A stretch of DNA of 64,000 bases from Octopus sinensis. Lineage: Eukaryota. The notes beneath the pieces are model-generated. The model was not told the origin of the DNA and ran no database searches. It worked only from the letters and a program-made list of their open reading frames with translations. The stretch covers positions 54,064,001-54,128,000 of the forward strand of contig NC_042997.1 in assembly GCF_006345805.1 (NCBI RefSeq), written 5' to 3'. A program made the translations under genes and the position numbers. Below, piece after piece: positions 62,268-64,000 of the stretch. How positions within the stretch are numbered: position 1 is the first letter of the stretch; each line of letters begins with the position of its first letter.

Positions 62268-62488
62268 CCCTTTAGCATTTAAACTGGCCCATATCTGGCC
62301 AAAATATTCTGCCAGTTTTATGTTCAAACTGGCCAGATTCAACATCTCCCACCTGCCCTATAATGTCATTGTAAAAAGTAAGCAGTCACATTATCAAAAT
62401 CTTGAAGCTACAAGATAATGCATAACTAATTCAAAGCAATGTAAATAAATAAGCATTGCATTGACAGAATAATTTGAATGCTAAAGAG
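62268..62488. mobile_element. piggyBac-type MITE (221 bp)
   Basis: TTAA at 62264-62267 and 62489-62492; TIRs ccctttagcatttaaa / tttgaatgctaaagag. Confidence 0.82.
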
Positions 62489-62570
62489 TTAAACATTCCT
62501 ATCATATTTTTTTTTATTAAAATTATTAGGAATTGAATAAAAAAAATTACTAAAATATTTCTTGAATATA

Positions 62571-62976
62571 GGTGTAGGAGTGGCTGTGTGGTAAGTAGCT
62601 TGCTTACGAACCACATGGTTCCGGGTTCAGTCCCACTGTGTGGCACCTTGGGCAAGTGTCTTCTACTGTAGCCTCGGGTCGACCAAAGCCTTGTGAGAAA
62701 CTGAAACTGAAAGAAGCCCGTCGTATATATGTATATATATGTGTATGTATGTGTGTGTGTATACGTTTGTGTGTCTGTATTTGTCCCCACAACATCACTT
62801 GATAATTGATGCTGGTGTGTTTACATCCCCATAACTTAGTGGTTCGGCAAAAAGAGACTGATAGAATAAGTACTAGGCTTACAAAGAATAAGTCCTGGGG
62901 TCGATTTGCTCGACTAAAGGCGATGATCCAGCATGGCCACAGTCAAATGACTGAAACAAGTAAAAGAGGAAAAGAG
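62571..62976 (+). mobile_element. SINE family A (different subfamily), nested in a hAT-like MITE
   Basis: Same head, core, microsatellite and tail architecture; small internal deletion; possible degenerate TSD gaatata/gagtata. Confidence 0.9.
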
Positions 62977-63219
62977 TATAACCAATTTATTGTACATAAG
63001 TTTTAGCAATAAAATCTTATATGGAACCCTAAGTTCACGTGGATCCTGGTTGAGAAGCTCTGTTATGTAGTATCTACAATTACATGTCTAACACTAATAA
63101 ACAACTAGCCACCAGAACAAACACAGTAACATTATTTTGAAAGCCACTGTCTATCAATCTGTTGAGAGAAACAAAACAAATATAAGAAAAAAAGAAACAT
63201 TAATTACTTCTCAAAGTTC

Positions 63220-63612
63220 AAATTCACCACCACCACCACTACCATTTTCACCACCACCACTGCCACTACCTTCATCACAACTCAAAACATCATCATTGCT
63301 TTTCTTCTCCCTTCATCTTCAATTCCACCCACCTCATTATTATCATTGCCATCACCCTCAATGCAATAACAACTACCACCACCACCACTCCACAAACACT
63401 ACCATTACTACACTTCTTTCATAAGTACCATCAAAAACACCACCACCACCACCACCATTACTATCAACGGTACACTAACCCACATCATCATTCCCCTACA
63501 CACACATATTCTTCACCACTACTGTTACCCCCATTCTTGAAGTCATCACCAAAACAACCACTAAAACTAACACCAGCACCATCACAACCACCACCACCAC
63601 AACCACCACCAT
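63220..63612. repeat. Degenerate (ACC/CAC)n low-complexity tract (GGT-rich on the minus strand)
   Basis: Many caccaccaccac runs. Confidence 0.9.
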
Positions 63613-63789
63613 GTTTTGTTGATTTATGTGTTTTCTCTTAAAAGCCCTTTTATTTGACAGGAGTTTTTATCTTGGTTTCTATAGAAAGAAGTTAGGAGGT
63701 AGGCAAATGTTGGGTGTGGTCAATTAGTTGCAGTGGAGAGCTAAGTAGTAAAGTGGGTAATGGCTGTAGGGGTTTGAGAGGGAGAGGTT

Positions 63790-64000
63790 AATTTGAAATA
63801 TTATTTATTAATCCGGAAGTCTCCCTTAGCATGTCACATGGTAATTTTCTCCAATTATTTCCTTATTTTTGTAATTTACTTTTATTTTCCTTAAAATAGT
63901 AGGATGCTTTTCTTTTCCCCAAAATTTTTCCCAAATTAACCTTTTCGCCTGTAGCGAGGCACAGAGAAGCCAGCGCCATTTTGAAACAGCGAGATCTCAC
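63790..64000 (-). promoter_or_regulatory. Promoter/first-exon region of a probable minus-strand gene at the window edge
   Basis: CpG-rich end of window; CCGGAAGT (ETS/GABPA-like) at about 63812; CGCCATTTTG (YY1; minus strand CAAAATGGCG) at 63974-63983; donor-like AAG|GTTAAT at 63940. Confidence 0.55.
63941..63979 (-). CDS. Possible first coding exon MALASLCLATGEK (phase 0) of an unidentified gene; may be UTR only
   Basis: ATG inside the YY1 motif (caaaATGG), 13 open codons, then a GT donor. No family recognised. Confidence 0.25.

Larger units (their letters stand above)
62183..63062. mobile_element. hAT-like MITE hosting a piggyBac MITE and a SINE
   Basis: Termini CAGTGGTTCTTAACC and GGTTGAGAAGCTCTG; degenerate 8-bp TSD ctatacag/ttatgtag. 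Confidence 0.6.

Noticed and set aside
63137-63424. Pro/His/Thr-rich ORF
   Set aside because: Translation of the (ACC)n low-complexity tract.
1-64000. CRISPR array, rRNA or prokaryotic operon-type system
   Set aside because: No regularly spaced repeat-spacer array or rRNA similarity; the window is spliced eukaryotic DNA.

Overview
AT-rich, intron-dominated eukaryotic genomic DNA, inferred to be Octopus (coleoid cephalopod) from its SINE/RTE repeat landscape; this is recognition from memory, no search was run. The only confidently identifiable gene is a BRPF1/peregrin (Br140/LIN-49) ortholog on the minus strand, with two coding exons: 22245-21601 (C2H2 finger + EPc-N) and 10170-9314 (EPc-N end + PHD-Zn knuckle-PHD). 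The rest of the gene lies left of the window, and its promoter is probably the CpG-retaining region at about 34-38 kb. The 11.4-kb intron between these exons holds a decayed Ty3/Gypsy element with four direct insertions (a piggyBac that itself carries an RTE-tail insert, two SINEs, a Merlin-like MITE). The remainder contains RTE and CR1/L2 LINE relics, two mariner relics, a young non-autonomous Helitron, hAT and piggyBac MITEs, many SINEs and microsatellites, and a second promoter-like region at the right edge. Most notable: (i) a SINE at 17.0 kb carries an exact 30-bp copy of the 3' flank of a sister SINE 39 kb away, followed by a second tail (3' transduction or ectopic conversion); (ii) a multi-switch templated inverted insertion at 57.9-59.4 kb; (iii) stacked uORFs over the BRPF1 start codon; (iv) candidate small exons of an unidentified gene at 41-52 kb. 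No CRISPR, rRNA or genuine tRNA genes were seen.
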